Assembly (NCBI GenBank): GCA_963739205.1
Contig: CAVTZJ010000004.1
Coordinates: forward strand, 322,369 to 386,368
DNA: 64,000 nt
DNA from: an uncultured Pseudomonadota bacterium
GTDB lineage: Bacteria > Pseudomonadota > Gammaproteobacteria > Burkholderiales > SG8-39
Direction of reading: 5' to 3'
A model generated the notes under the pieces. The model was not told the DNA's origin, did no database searches, and saw only the letters and a program-made list of their open reading frames with translations. Positions 1-9,538 of this stretch are shown here, piece after piece (within the stretch, counting starts at the first letter, position 1; every line of letters starts with the position of its first letter). A program made the position numbers and the translations under genes.

Positions 1-594
1 CTGGAAGGCGGCGACCCTGGACCAGCCCAGGCGCTCGAACTCGGCGCGCGTCTCGGCCGGCGTCATGAACAGCGCGCCGTACTTCGCCTTGAAGCCGCCG
101 TCGGACAGCACCTTCACCGGTCCGGCGAGGTTCACGTCGGCCTGCTGCATGACCATCTTCACGCCGGGGTGCTCGAGGTCGGTCGTGCGGAACACCGACA
201 TGCACTCGTGCGCCTTGTCGATGCGGTACTTCTCGCTCACCCGCATCGTCGCCAGAATCTCTTCGGCATCGGGGTCGACGAGCGCGATCTCGGCGCCCGT
301 CTTGATGCCGTCGGCCACCACCTCGTCGACCGACAGCGTGATCGGGATGGGCCAGAACAGCCCGCTCGCCGTGCGCATGCCGTCGCACACGCCTTCCCAG
401 TCGGCGCGCGTCATGAACCCGTCGAGCGGCGTGAAGCCGCCGATGCCGAGCATGATGAGGTCGCCCTTCTCGCGCGAGCTGACGCGCACCGCCGGCAGGG
501 AACGCGCGCGTGCGCGCTCCGCGGCAAGGGCTTCTCCGGTGAGCATGAGGGCTTTGAGCGCCCCTCCTCCATGCGGCCTGACGAGGCCCGGCAT
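1..594 (-). CDS. sat: Sulfate adenylyltransferase (ATP sulfurylase), first 198 codons only; gene continues past the left edge
   Basis: Not in the ORF track because no stop lies inside the window. Manual reverse translation from ATG (592-594) gives MPGLVRPHGGGALKALMLTGEALAAERARARSLPAVRVSSREKGDLIMLGIGGFTPLDGFMTRADWEGVCDGMRTASGLFWPIPITL..., open down to base 1. This matches the PUA-like N-terminal domain of Sat-type enzymes. Confidence 0.8.
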   Translation of the reverse strand, partial: MPGLVRPHGGGALKALMLTGEALAAERARARSLPAVRVSSREKGDLIMLGIGGFTPLDGFMTRADWEGVCDGMRTASGLFWPIPITLSVDEVVADGIKTGAEIALVDPDAEEILATMRVSEKYRIDKAHECMSVFRTTDLEHPGVKMVMQQADVNLAGPVKVLSDGGFKAKYGALFMTPAETRAEFERLGWSRVAAFQ

Positions 595-726
595 AAGCTA
601 TTCCCCCTTGATTGCGCGGTATTTTCGGCACCCCACCCCACAGGGGCAACACCGTTGTTTTGATTTCGCGATAAGGGTCCCTGATTCATCGGCTTGCTAC
701 ACTTGCGCGCGCAAACCCGCAGGCAG

Positions 727-1698
727 ATGGCCAAGACGAAATCGGATTCCGCGACCCCGCCAGGAAGCTGGCTGTTTTGCATCGCCAACCTGCCAACATC
801 CGATCCGGAGGCGCGCATGCACGCCTTGCGCACGCTCGAAGCGCTCGGCGCCGCGGCGCTGCGCGAGGGCGTGTACCTGCTGCCTGACTCCCGCGCGCGC
901 CGCCACGCGCTCAAGCCGCTCGCCGACTACATCGCGAAGGGCGGCGCCATGGTGCACCTGGTCGAGGCCGTCGCGTCTTCCGCCGCGCAGGAAGCGGCGT
1001 TCAGGCGGCTGTTCGATCGCACGGCGCGCTACGCGGAGCTGATCAAGGTGATCGAGAGCCTGAAAATCGGCTTCGGCGTATCCGAGCCCGGTGACATCGC
1101 ACGCGTGCTGAACAAGCAACGGCGCGAGTTCGACTCGATCAGCGCGCTCGACTTCTTTCCCGACGAGATGCGCGAGCGCGCCGCGAAGGCGCTCGGCCAG
1201 GCCGAAGCGGCGGTGAAGCGCATGCTGTTCCCGGCGCAGCAGGACGCAGCCGGGCCGCAGCCCGACGAGCCGCTCGCCAACCGCGTGTGGGTGACGCGCA
1301 AGCCGCTGTGGGCAGATCGCCTGGCCTGCGCGTGGCTGATCCGCCGCTTCGTCGATCCCGAAGGCAGGATCGCCTGGCTGGACAAGGGTCAGGCTGCGCC
1401 GCAGCGCGCGATCGGCTTTGCGTTCGACGGCGCGCATTTCCGCAACAGCGCGACGCGCGTCACCTACGAGGAAATGCTCGATCGGCTCGGTCTCGGGCGC
1501 AACCGAGCGCTCGCGCGCATCGGCCGCATCGTGCATTTCCTCGAGATACAGCGCTCGCCGGTGCCGGAAGCCGCCGGCGTGCAGACGCTGCTGCAGGGCG
1601 CCCGGCGGCGCGCCAGCGGCGAGAACGAGCTGCTGCGCGAGGCGGAAAAGACCTTCGACCTGCTGTACGACGCCTTCTACGAGCCGGTGAAGCGCTAG
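727..1698 (+). CDS. ChrB-domain (chromate-resistance-regulator-like) protein
   Basis: ORF 694..1698. The first codon is TTG, so the ATG at 727 (MAKTKSD) is preferred. The C-terminal block WVTRKPLWADRLACAWLIRRFVDPEGRIAWL recalls the ChrB C-terminal domain. Confidence 0.55.
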   Translation: MAKTKSDSATPPGSWLFCIANLPTSDPEARMHALRTLEALGAAALREGVYLLPDSRARRHALKPLADYIAKGGAMVHLVEAVASSAAQEAAFRRLFDRTARYAELIKVIESLKIGFGVSEPGDIARVLNKQRREFDSISALDFFPDEMRERAAKALGQAEAAVKRMLFPAQQDAAGPQPDEPLANRVWVTRKPLWADRLACAWLIRRFVDPEGRIAWLDKGQAAPQRAIGFAFDGAHFRNSATRVTYEEMLDRLGLGRNRALARIGRIVHFLEIQRSPVPEAAGVQTLLQGARRRASGENELLREAEKTFDLLYDAFYEPVKR

Positions 1699-3149
1699 CG
1701 CTGCTTTTCCTCGCGCTGCTCGCGCTGGTGCTGCGCCTTCAGCTCGCGCATCCTCGAGTCGACTTCCGAGAGCTGGTAGAAGTCGCCGTCGCCGGCGCTG
1801 CGCGCGAGCTGCAATTGCTCGATCGCGGCCGGCAGGGACCCCTGCAGCACGTAGACCTCGGCCTGCGCCTGGTGCTGCAGCAGGCGCTTGCCCAGGGCCG
1901 CGTAGGTCTTCGCCTGCAGCACGCGCAGGCGCTCGTCGTCCGGGTAGCGGCGCACCGGGTCGGCGAGCGCGGCGAGCGCGTTCTTGTAGCGCCCGGCATC
2001 CTGCAGCGCTTCGACGTAGGCGTAGACGAGCGGCCGCCAGTCGGGGTACTGCGCCTGTGCTTTCTCGAGGATTTCCAGCGCGCCCGCGCGGTCTCCGAGC
2101 GCCTGCCTGACGCGCGCCGCCAGCGCCTCGATCATCGGGCTCTGCGCGCGCGTGGCGCGCAGCGCCGCGAGCTGCGCGTCCGCCTCGCGCGCCTGCCCGG
2201 CGCGCAGCAGCGCCGACGTGAGCCCGTAGCGCGCCGCCGCCTCGTTCGAGTAGCGCTTGTCGCGCACCACGTCGCGGAAGTGGGTGACCTGGTCCTGCGC
2301 GTCGCCGCTCTCGGCGCGCAGCCTGGCGCGCACCAGGTAGAACTCCAGGCTGTCGACGTGCTGACGGTACGGCAGCTGGTCGGCGCGATTCTCCGCGTCG
2401 GCGATGCGCTCCGGTGTCAGAGGGTGATCGCGCAGGTAGGCCGGATAGCTCGAGTCGTCGGCGATGCGCGTGTAGCGCTCCATCTTGTCGAAGAAATCGG
2501 GCATTCCATGCGGGTCGAAACCCGCCGCCACCAAACGCTGGAAGCCGATCCGGTCGGCCTCGCGCTCGAATTCGCGCGAGTAGGCGAGCTGCGACTGGAC
2601 GCTCGCGCCCTGCACGGCTGCGGCCGCCCCCACCGCGAGGTCGGGCCGCGAGCGCCCGAGCAGGATCGCCGCCGCGAGCGCCGCCAGGGTCGGCAGCTGC
2701 ATCTGCTGCTGCTGCGCGAGCTGGCGCGCGATGTGCCGCTGCGTGACGTGCGAAATCTCGTGCGCCAGCACCGAGGCGAGCTCCGATTCGTCGTCGGCGG
2801 CCATGATCAGCCCGGTATTCACCCCGACGAAGCCGCCTGGCAGCGCGAACGCGTTGATCGTGTTGTCGTGGATGCCGAAGAACTCGAAGCGCTCCTTCGC
2901 GCCCGGGGGCGCCTCGGCGAGCCGCTCGCCGATCCTCTGCAGATAGGCGGTCACCTCCGGGTCGCCGACGTAGCTTGGATCGTGGTAGCGGATCTGGCGC
3001 ATCGTGTTCTCGCCGATGCGCCGTTCCATCTGCGGGGTGAGAACCGCGTCCATCGAGCCGCCGAGATCCGGCAGGCTCTGCGCGGCCGCGGGCAGCGCCG
3101 ACCCGGCGAGCAGCAGGCCTGCCAGCAGGAGCGGGATGACTCGGCGCAT
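1695..3149 (-). CDS. bepA: Periplasmic M48 zinc metalloprotease with C-terminal TPR-like region (BepA/YfgC-like)
   Basis: Lies inside ORF 1695..3596. The internal ATG at 3149 gives the signal peptide MRRVIPLLLAGLLLAGSALPAAAQ. HEISH zinc motif. The ~485-aa length matches BepA. Confidence 0.85.
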   Translation of the reverse strand: MRRVIPLLLAGLLLAGSALPAAAQSLPDLGGSMDAVLTPQMERRIGENTMRQIRYHDPSYVGDPEVTAYLQRIGERLAEAPPGAKERFEFFGIHDNTINAFALPGGFVGVNTGLIMAADDESELASVLAHEISHVTQRHIARQLAQQQQMQLPTLAALAAAILLGRSRPDLAVGAAAAVQGASVQSQLAYSREFEREADRIGFQRLVAAGFDPHGMPDFFDKMERYTRIADDSSYPAYLRDHPLTPERIADAENRADQLPYRQHVDSLEFYLVRARLRAESGDAQDQVTHFRDVVRDKRYSNEAAARYGLTSALLRAGQAREADAQLAALRATRAQSPMIEALAARVRQALGDRAGALEILEKAQAQYPDWRPLVYAYVEALQDAGRYKNALAALADPVRRYPDDERLRVLQAKTYAALGKRLLQHQAQAEVYVLQGSLPAAIEQLQLARSAGDGDFYQLSEVDSRMRELKAQHQREQREEKQR

Positions 3150-3192
3150 GCGTTTATGATAGCGGCTGGGCAGCCGAGTTCCTCGAATTTCC

Positions 3193-3726
3193 TTGCGGGA
3201 GAACACTTTGACAGCAAAGCGCGCGCGCAAGCTGACGCACCTCGACGCCCGCGGCCGGGCGCACATGGTCGACGTCGGCGGCAAGGCGAGTACGCACCGC
3301 GTTGCGATCGCCTCCGGGCGCATCTGCATGAGCCCGCCGACGCTGCGACTGCTGCTCGAGGGCGGCGCGAAAAAGGGCGACGTGCTCGGCGTGGCGCGCG
3401 TGGCCGCGATCCAGGCCGCCAAGCGCACGGCCGAGCTGATTCCCCTCGCACACCCGATTTCGATCTCGCGCGTGGCGGTCGACTTCGCGCCCGAGCCCGA
3501 GCGCTCGTCGGTGCGCGTGCTGGCAACGGTCGAATGCCGTGGCCAGACGGGCGTCGAGATGGAGGCGCTCACCGCGGCCGCGGTCGGCCTGCTCACGATT
3601 TACGACATGCTGAAGGCGGTCGAGCGCGGCATGACGCTCGAGAATCTGCGCCTCGAGGAAAAGCGCGGCGGCAAGTCGGGCGTCTACCGGCGTTCGAAAA
3701 GTGGAACGAGACATAAGCACATTTGA
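3193..3726 (+). CDS. moaC: Cyclic pyranopterin monophosphate synthase MoaC
   Basis: [19 protein letters not shown] ... [24 protein letters not shown] are typical MoaC blocks. No ATG is available; the start is TTG 3193 or TTG 3208 (preceded by GGGAGAA). Confidence 0.85.
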   Translation: MRENTLTAKRARKLTHLDARGRAHMVDVGGKASTHRVAIASGRICMSPPTLRLLLEGGAKKGDVLGVARVAAIQAAKRTAELIPLAHPISISRVAVDFAPEPERSSVRVLATVECRGQTGVEMEALTAAAVGLLTIYDMLKAVERGMTLENLRLEEKRGGKSGVYRRSKSGTRHKHI

Positions 3727-3835
3727 TTATTCTCGCTTTCCAAAATTCCGCGGTTGCCTATAGGATGGTGTTTCAAGCAGCAATCTCAATGTGCCAGTCC
3801 GGACGTCAGATCCGGGCAAATCTAAGGAGGAGTGC

Positions 3836-4306
3836 ATGGACGAAGGACGTAGATTCGTGCTGAGAAGCGCGAGCGCGACGGGCGCGCTCGCGGCGTTCTT
3901 GGCCGCGGGCCTGCTCAGGCCGGTGCAGGCGCTGGCTGCGACCTGGAACAAGGTCGCGTTCGGCGCCAAGAACCCCGCCGACGCGCTCAAGGGTATCGGG
4001 GCAGCCGGCACGACGGAGAGCAAGGAGGTGCTGATCGACCTGCCGCAGATCGCGGAGAACGGCGCCGTGGTGCCGATCGAAGTCAGCAGCAAGGTGCCCG
4101 GCACAACTTCGATCGCGGTGCTGATCGAGAAGAACCCGTTTCCGCTCGTGGCGCAATTCGACTTCATGGAGGGCGCCATGCCCTACGTGAAGCTGAACGC
4201 GAAAGTCGGGGAGTCCTCCGCGGTCCGCGCCGTCGCGGACGCAGGCGGCAAGTTCTATTCCGCCACCAAGGAGGTCAAGGTGACTATTGGCGGCTGCGGC
4301 GGATAA
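3836..4306 (+). CDS. soxY: Thiosulfate-oxidation carrier protein SoxY
   Basis: ATG 3836 has AAGGAGGAG upstream. Tat-like leader (RRFVLRSASATGALAAF). C-terminal GGCGG carrier motif. Confidence 0.93.
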   Translation: MDEGRRFVLRSASATGALAAFLAAGLLRPVQALAATWNKVAFGAKNPADALKGIGAAGTTESKEVLIDLPQIAENGAVVPIEVSSKVPGTTSIAVLIEKNPFPLVAQFDFMEGAMPYVKLNAKVGESSAVRAVADAGGKFYSATKEVKVTIGGCGG

Positions 4307-4317
4307 GGGAGAACATC

Positions 4318-4629
4318 ATGCCAGGACCGATGAAGATTCGCGCCACCGCGGAAGCGGGCTATACCGATATCCGCGTGCTGATGAGCCATCCGATGGAAAC
4401 CGGGCTGCGCAAGGGCCCGGACGGAAAGCTGGTTCCCGCACATTTCATCCAGAACGTCACGGTCAAGGTGAACGGCAAGACCGTGGTCGAGGGCCAGATC
4501 AGCCAGGCGATCTCGCGCAACCCGGTGTTCGCGTTCCGCGTCAAGGGCGGGAACAAGGGCGACAAGGTCGAGATCAGCTGGTTCGACAACAAGGGCGAAC
4601 ACAACCAGACTGAAACAGCAGTCGCCTGA
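4318..4629 (+). CDS. soxZ: SoxZ, partner of SoxY
   Basis: 103 aa, 12 nt after soxY, with RBS AAGGGAGA. Typical SoxZ size and position. Confidence 0.9.
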   Translation: MPGPMKIRATAEAGYTDIRVLMSHPMETGLRKGPDGKLVPAHFIQNVTVKVNGKTVVEGQISQAISRNPVFAFRVKGGNKGDKVEISWFDNKGEHNQTETAVA

Positions 4630-4653
4630 AGTAAAAACCAGGAGGAGGGAGCA

Positions 4654-5463
4654 ATGCGTAGAGTTTCAAGCCGTGCGTTGCTGGCAGGGGCCGCTTTGGG
4701 CGTCGCGGCGAGCCTCGTTCACGCGGACGACACCAGGCAGGAGATTCAGAAATACCAGCGCATGACCGCGGAGAGCAGCCCGGTCGAACTGTGGGAGATG
4801 GAAGGCGCGGATCTGTGGAAGCAGAAGCGCGGCCCGAACAACGTGTCGCTGGAGCACTGCGACCTCGGCATGGGGCCCGGCGTGCTGAAGGGCGCCTACG
4901 CCCATCTGCCGCGCTACTTCAAGGATACGGGCCGCGTGCAGGACCTCGAATCGCGGCTCGTCACCTGCATGACGACGCTGCAGGGCTTCAGCGAGCAGGA
5001 AGCCACCAAGCGCGTGTTCGGCAACGCCGACAAGCCCTCCGACATGGAGTATCTCGCGGCCTACGTCGCCGGGAAGTCGCGCGGCGTGAAGATGCAGGTC
5101 AGCACCAAGGATCCGAAGGAAAAAGCGGCCTACGAGATGGGCAAGGCGCTGTTCTTCTACCGCGCGGGGCCGTGGGACTTCTCCTGCGCCTCCTGCCACG
5201 GCCACGAGGGCAAGCGCATCCGCATGCAGGAGCTGCCGGTGCTGTCCAGCCCGAAGGGCGCGCGCGGCACCTACACCACCTGGCCCGGCTATCGCGTCTC
5301 CGTGTCGCAGCTGAAGACCATGCAGTGGCGCCTGAACGACTGCTTCAGGCAGCAGAGGTTCCCGGAGCCCAAGTACGCGTCGGACGCGACCATCGCGCTC
5401 ACCATGTACATGGCGGTGAACGCCAACGGGGCGACCTACCGCGGCCCCGGCACCAAGCGCTGA
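4654..5463 (+). CDS. soxA: SoxA cytochrome c, single-haem type
   Basis: Signal peptide. One CxxCH motif (CASCH). Conserved distal Cys in RLNDCFRQQ. RBS GGAGGAGGGAG. Confidence 0.9.
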   Translation: MRRVSSRALLAGAALGVAASLVHADDTRQEIQKYQRMTAESSPVELWEMEGADLWKQKRGPNNVSLEHCDLGMGPGVLKGAYAHLPRYFKDTGRVQDLESRLVTCMTTLQGFSEQEATKRVFGNADKPSDMEYLAAYVAGKSRGVKMQVSTKDPKEKAAYEMGKALFFYRAGPWDFSCASCHGHEGKRIRMQELPVLSSPKGARGTYTTWPGYRVSVSQLKTMQWRLNDCFRQQRFPEPKYASDATIALTMYMAVNANGATYRGPGTKR

Positions 5464-5473
5464 GGAGGATGAC

Positions 5474-6091
5474 ATGACGAAGACGAGCATTTACCTTTGC
5501 CTCGGCGCGCTTGCGGCGGCGCTTGCCGCCGCTCAACCCGCGCAGGCCGATCCGTCGCCGATGGAAGTGCGCGCGCTGCTGCACAAGGACTTCCACGCCA
5601 AGGGCCAGGCGACGATGAGCCGCGTCGACCAGGACGACCTGCAGTTCCTCTGCACGGTCACGCACAACAAGCCCTCGGCCAAGCGGGTCAAGGAGATGGA
5701 AGCCGACCAGCATGCGACCATCGTGTATCCGGCCGACGGCAAGTACATGGGCGACTGGAAGAAGGGCCAGAAGATCGCCGAGAGCGGCAAGGGCATGACC
5801 TGGAAGGACAAGCCCGACGCGCAGAACGGAGGCTCGTGCTACAACTGCCACCAGCTCTCGCCCAAGGAGTCGTCGTACGGCACGGTGGGGCCGAGCCTCA
5901 CCGCGATGGGCAAGAAGCGCGGCGACGGCCTCGAGGTGCAGAAGTACATCTACGGCAAGATCTACAACTCGAAGGCCTCCAACCTGTGCTCGGAGATGCC
6001 GCGCTTCGGGACCTCGGGCACGCTGACCGAAGAGCAGATCAAGGATTTGACCGCCTACGTGCTCGATCCGGCCTCGCCGGTCAACCAGTAG
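5474..6091 (+). CDS. soxX: SoxX monohaem cytochrome c
   Basis: Signal peptide. CYNCH haem motif. Sits next to soxA. RBS GAGGAGG. Confidence 0.88.
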   Translation: MTKTSIYLCLGALAAALAAAQPAQADPSPMEVRALLHKDFHAKGQATMSRVDQDDLQFLCTVTHNKPSAKRVKEMEADQHATIVYPADGKYMGDWKKGQKIAESGKGMTWKDKPDAQNGGSCYNCHQLSPKESSYGTVGPSLTAMGKKRGDGLEVQKYIYGKIYNSKASNLCSEMPRFGTSGTLTEEQIKDLTAYVLDPASPVNQ

Positions 6092-6112
6092 CCGCGCGCA
6101 GCGTGGACACAA

Positions 6113-6145
6113 GGGGCTTGGCTAACCGCCAAGCCCCGTTTTTTT
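6113..6145 (+). terminator. Intrinsic terminator/attenuator between soxX and soxB
   Basis: GGGGCTTGGC-TAACC-GCCAAGCCCC forms a perfect 10-bp stem, followed by G and T7. It starts 22 nt after the soxX stop. Confidence 0.8.
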
Positions 6146-6160
6146 GCAGCGGGGCGAACC

Positions 6161-7864
6161 ATGCAAAGACGTGAATTCCTGCGCCTGCTCGCGCTCGCCG
6201 CGGCCGCGGGTGCGAGCCTGCGCCCGGGAGCGAGCGAGGCCCAAGCCGCGGACGAGCTGTACGAGCTGCCCCGCTTCGGCAATGTGTCGCTGCTGCACAT
6301 CACCGATACGCACGCGCAACTCCTGCCGGTGTACTTCCGCGAGCCGGATGTGAACATCGGCGTCGGCGCCGCTGCCGGCCATCCGCCGCACCTGGTCGGC
6401 GAAGCCTTCCTCAGGCAGTTCGGCATCGCGCCCGGCGGCAGGCTGGCGCACGCCTTCACGTACCTCGATTTCGAGGCCGCCGCGCGCCGCTACGGCCCCA
6501 TGGGCGGCTTCGCCCACCTGGCGACGCTGGTCAAGCGCGTGCGCGCGGCGCGCCCGAACGCGCTGCTGCTCGACGGCGGCGATAGCTGGCAGGGATCCGC
6601 CACGGCGCTGTGGACGCGCGGCGTGGACATGATCGGCGCACAGAAACTGCTCGGCGTCGACGTCATGACCGCGCACTGGGAGTTCACCTACGGCGCGGAA
6701 CGCGTGCAGCAGGCGGTCGAGAAGGAGCTCGCGCCGATCGAGTTCGTGGCGCAGAACGTCAAGACCGTCGACTTCGAAGACCCGGTCTTCAAGCCGTACA
6801 CGCTGCGCAACCTGAACGGCGTGCAGGTAGCGATCATCGGCCAGGCATTTCCCTATACGCCGATCGCCCACCCGCGCTACCTCATCGCGCAATGGAGCTT
6901 CGGCATCCAGGAGCGGCACCTGCAGAAGCAGGTCGACGAGGCGCGCGCCAAGGGCGCGGCGCTGGTCGTGCTGCTGTCGCACAACGGCATGGACGTCGAC
7001 CTAAAGCTCGCCGGCCAGGTGCGCGGCATCGACGTGATCCTCGGCGGGCACACGCACGACGGCGTCCCGGCGCCGACCGTGGTCGGCAACGGCGGCGGCC
7101 AGACGCTGGTCACCAATGCCGGCTGCAACGGCAAGTTCCTCGCGGTGCTCGATCTCGACGTGCGCGCGAACCGCGTGGCGGGATACCGCTACCGCCTGTT
7201 GCCCGTATTCGCCAACCTGCTGCCCGCGGATCCCGGGATGGCGGCCTACATCGACAAGGTGCGCGCCCCGTACGCCGAGCGGCTCGGCGCCAAGCTCGCG
7301 GTCACCGAGGGGCTGCTCTACCGGCGCGGCAACTTCAACGGCAGCTTCGACCAGTTGATCCTGGACGCGCAGAGGGAGGTCAGGGGCGCCGAGATCGCGT
7401 TCTCGCCCGGGTTCCGCTGGGGCACGACCCTGCTCCCCGGGGACGCGCTGACGCGCGAGCACCTGATGGACCAGACCGCGATCACCTACCCTTACGCGAC
7501 GCTGAACGAGTTCACCGGCGCGCAGATCAAGGCGATCCTCGAGGATGTGTGCGACAACCTGTTCAATCCGGATCCCTACCTGCAGCAGGGCGGCGACATG
7601 GTGCGTGTGGGCGGCATGAGCTACGCCTGCGACCCGCGCCAACCCGTCGGTGCGCGCATCTCGGACATGCGCCTGGGCGGCAAGCCGCTCGAGGCCGACC
7701 GCAAGTACAAGGTGGCCGGCTGGGCGCCGGTCGCCGAAGGAGCGAGCGGCGAGCCGATCTGGACGGTCGTGGAGACCTACCTCGCCGCGCACCGCAGCCT
7801 CGCCCCGCGCCGGCTCGAGGTGCCGCGTATCATAGGCATGGAAGGCAATCCGGGCCTGGCTTAG
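6161..7864 (+). CDS. soxB: Thiosulfohydrolase SoxB
   Basis: Tat leader MQRREFLRLLALAAAAGA. Metallophosphoesterase / 5-prime-nucleotidase-like body of 567 aa. Sox gene context. Confidence 0.92.
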   Translation: MQRREFLRLLALAAAAGASLRPGASEAQAADELYELPRFGNVSLLHITDTHAQLLPVYFREPDVNIGVGAAAGHPPHLVGEAFLRQFGIAPGGRLAHAFTYLDFEAAARRYGPMGGFAHLATLVKRVRAARPNALLLDGGDSWQGSATALWTRGVDMIGAQKLLGVDVMTAHWEFTYGAERVQQAVEKELAPIEFVAQNVKTVDFEDPVFKPYTLRNLNGVQVAIIGQAFPYTPIAHPRYLIAQWSFGIQERHLQKQVDEARAKGAALVVLLSHNGMDVDLKLAGQVRGIDVILGGHTHDGVPAPTVVGNGGGQTLVTNAGCNGKFLAVLDLDVRANRVAGYRYRLLPVFANLLPADPGMAAYIDKVRAPYAERLGAKLAVTEGLLYRRGNFNGSFDQLILDAQREVRGAEIAFSPGFRWGTTLLPGDALTREHLMDQTAITYPYATLNEFTGAQIKAILEDVCDNLFNPDPYLQQGGDMVRVGGMSYACDPRQPVGARISDMRLGGKPLEADRKYKVAGWAPVAEGASGEPIWTVVETYLAAHRSLAPRRLEVPRIIGMEGNPGLA

Positions 7865-7908
7865 CGACGGCACGTCGGACAGCGTCGGGCCTTCCGGGAC
7901 CTAGACCG

Positions 7909-9399
7909 TTGACCGATCAAGCGACCAAGAACAACAAGGGATCCTGGCTGAAGGCAGCTCTGACGGCGGCCGCACTTATCGTCGTCGCATTACTCTGCTT
8001 CGTGCCGGAGAGCAGCAACGACCTGTGGCTGCACGCCGCAATCGGCCGGATCATATGGACGACGGGCGAGATTCCCCGCACCGCCCTGTTCCCCTTCACA
8101 GAGGCGAGCCAGTTTCCGTTCCACGCACACGAATGGCTGGTGTCGGTGCTGCTTTACTTTCTCGTGAATCAGCTCGGTATCAACGCGCTGGTTTTCGTCA
8201 AGGGCGTGCTCGGACTGGCCTTGTTCGGGCTGTGCTGTCGTCTGGCGTATCGCCTGACCGGCCGCTTCACCGAGGCGCTTCTGGTCGCGCTGACGGCGAT
8301 GGTCGTGGGGAACTTCCGGTTTTTCCTGCGCCCGGAGCTATTCGCGCTGTTCTTCACGCTCGCAGTCCTTTGGCTGATGATCGAATACCGGGCGCAGCGC
8401 CGATGGCCCTATCTGCTCACCTGCGCCCCCCTCGCAGCGCTGTGGGCAAATTGCCACGGCTCGTTTCCGCTCGCCCTCGTCGTCGGAACGATCTTCGCTT
8501 GCGGCGCCGCGATCGAGGCGTTGCGCGCGCCGCCCGGCCCGCGCTTGCGCGCATCGGTGCATGCGGCGCGACCCTATCTTTTGGCGACGGCGTTGATGGC
8601 GTTGGCCACGTTGCTCAATCCATATGGCCTGCAGTTGTACCGGTTTGTTTGGGAGCTGCAGAACGCGACGTTCATCCGCTCCTACGTCTACGAGTGGATG
8701 CCCATCTTCTCGCCTCTGTTCGTCGAATCGCGCGGCTTCTGGGCGTTCGCGGGCTATCTCGCGCTCGCGGCGCCACTGCTCTACGCGGGCCGCAAGGGCG
8801 TTACGCCGGCGGGCTGGCTGCTGCTGCTCGCCTTCGGTTATCTGGTAATCGGCGCGCTGCGGCACATTGCGTTCTTCGCCGTCGTCTCGATCTATCCGCT
8901 GTCCAGCGCGATCGCGGCCCTCGCCCCCCGCATAGATCGATCCGCCTACGCGCGCGGCGCGGTACTCGGCATCCTCGTCGCGAGCGCGGGCCTGCTGATC
9001 CGCTTCGGCAATCTGGACGGCGCCTACCCCTACTACGTGCAATCGAATTACTTTTCCAAGGCGCTGGTCGATTATCTGGGCAACGAGCAGGTGCGCGGAA
9101 ACGTGCTGAACTCCTACGAGCTCGGCGCAGAGCTCATCTATCGCTTCTACCCGCGCCTGAAACCAGTCATCGACTCGCGCGTGGATGTGTACGGCGAGAA
9201 GTATCTCCTCGATCTCCTGCGCCTGAACAGCGACGAGCCCGCACTGCGGCAGTTCGTGAATCGCTACCAGATCGCCTACGTCCTCCTCACATGGCGCGAC
9301 TTCAACGAAGGGATACGTCACATGCCGCACATCCGCGACGACGGCTGGCACATCGTGTTCGCCGACGACAAGGTGGTGCTGCTCGGAGGCAAGCGCTAG
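7909..9399 (+). CDS. Polytopic membrane protein (~496 aa), possible GT-C-like glycosyltransferase; family not assigned
   Basis: Downstream part of ORF 6610..9399; the upstream part overlaps soxB out of frame. No ATG is present, so the best start is TTG 7909. More than 10 hydrophobic segments, then a ~130-aa soluble C-terminus. Confidence 0.6.
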   Translation: MTDQATKNNKGSWLKAALTAAALIVVALLCFVPESSNDLWLHAAIGRIIWTTGEIPRTALFPFTEASQFPFHAHEWLVSVLLYFLVNQLGINALVFVKGVLGLALFGLCCRLAYRLTGRFTEALLVALTAMVVGNFRFFLRPELFALFFTLAVLWLMIEYRAQRRWPYLLTCAPLAALWANCHGSFPLALVVGTIFACGAAIEALRAPPGPRLRASVHAARPYLLATALMALATLLNPYGLQLYRFVWELQNATFIRSYVYEWMPIFSPLFVESRGFWAFAGYLALAAPLLYAGRKGVTPAGWLLLLAFGYLVIGALRHIAFFAVVSIYPLSSAIAALAPRIDRSAYARGAVLGILVASAGLLIRFGNLDGAYPYYVQSNYFSKALVDYLGNEQVRGNVLNSYELGAELIYRFYPRLKPVIDSRVDVYGEKYLLDLLRLNSDEPALRQFVNRYQIAYVLLTWRDFNEGIRHMPHIRDDGWHIVFADDKVVLLGGKR

Positions 9400-9538
9400 G
9401 CGTTGCGCTCGCTCCATTCCATCGACTTGAAGGAAATGCGCCCGGGCAGCGCGCACGGATCTCGGCTAAGCTCGCACGAATGGGGAGAGGGAATCCAGGG
9501 ATCCGCGCCGCGCCCGTATTGCTCGAAGGCGCTTCGCC

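Noticed and set aside
1287-3716. 809-aa ORF on the plus strand spanning the bepA-like and moaC region.
   Set aside because: Its composition is Arg/Ala/Gly/Pro-rich with no recognisable motif. It runs antisense to, or out of frame with, two well-supported genes. This is a typical shadow ORF of high-GC DNA.
6610-7908. Upstream 430 codons of the 929-aa ORF 6610..9399.
   Set aside because: This part overlaps soxB in another frame and translates to Arg/Pro/Gly-rich nonsense. Only the part after soxB (from TTG 7909) looks like a real membrane protein.
7906-7920. TTGACCGATCAA near the start of the first glycosylation gene, which resembles an FNR half-site pair.
   Set aside because: The spacing is wrong (TTGAC-N2-ATCAA rather than N4), and it lacks the CTTGAC/GTCAAG symmetry of the three good boxes.
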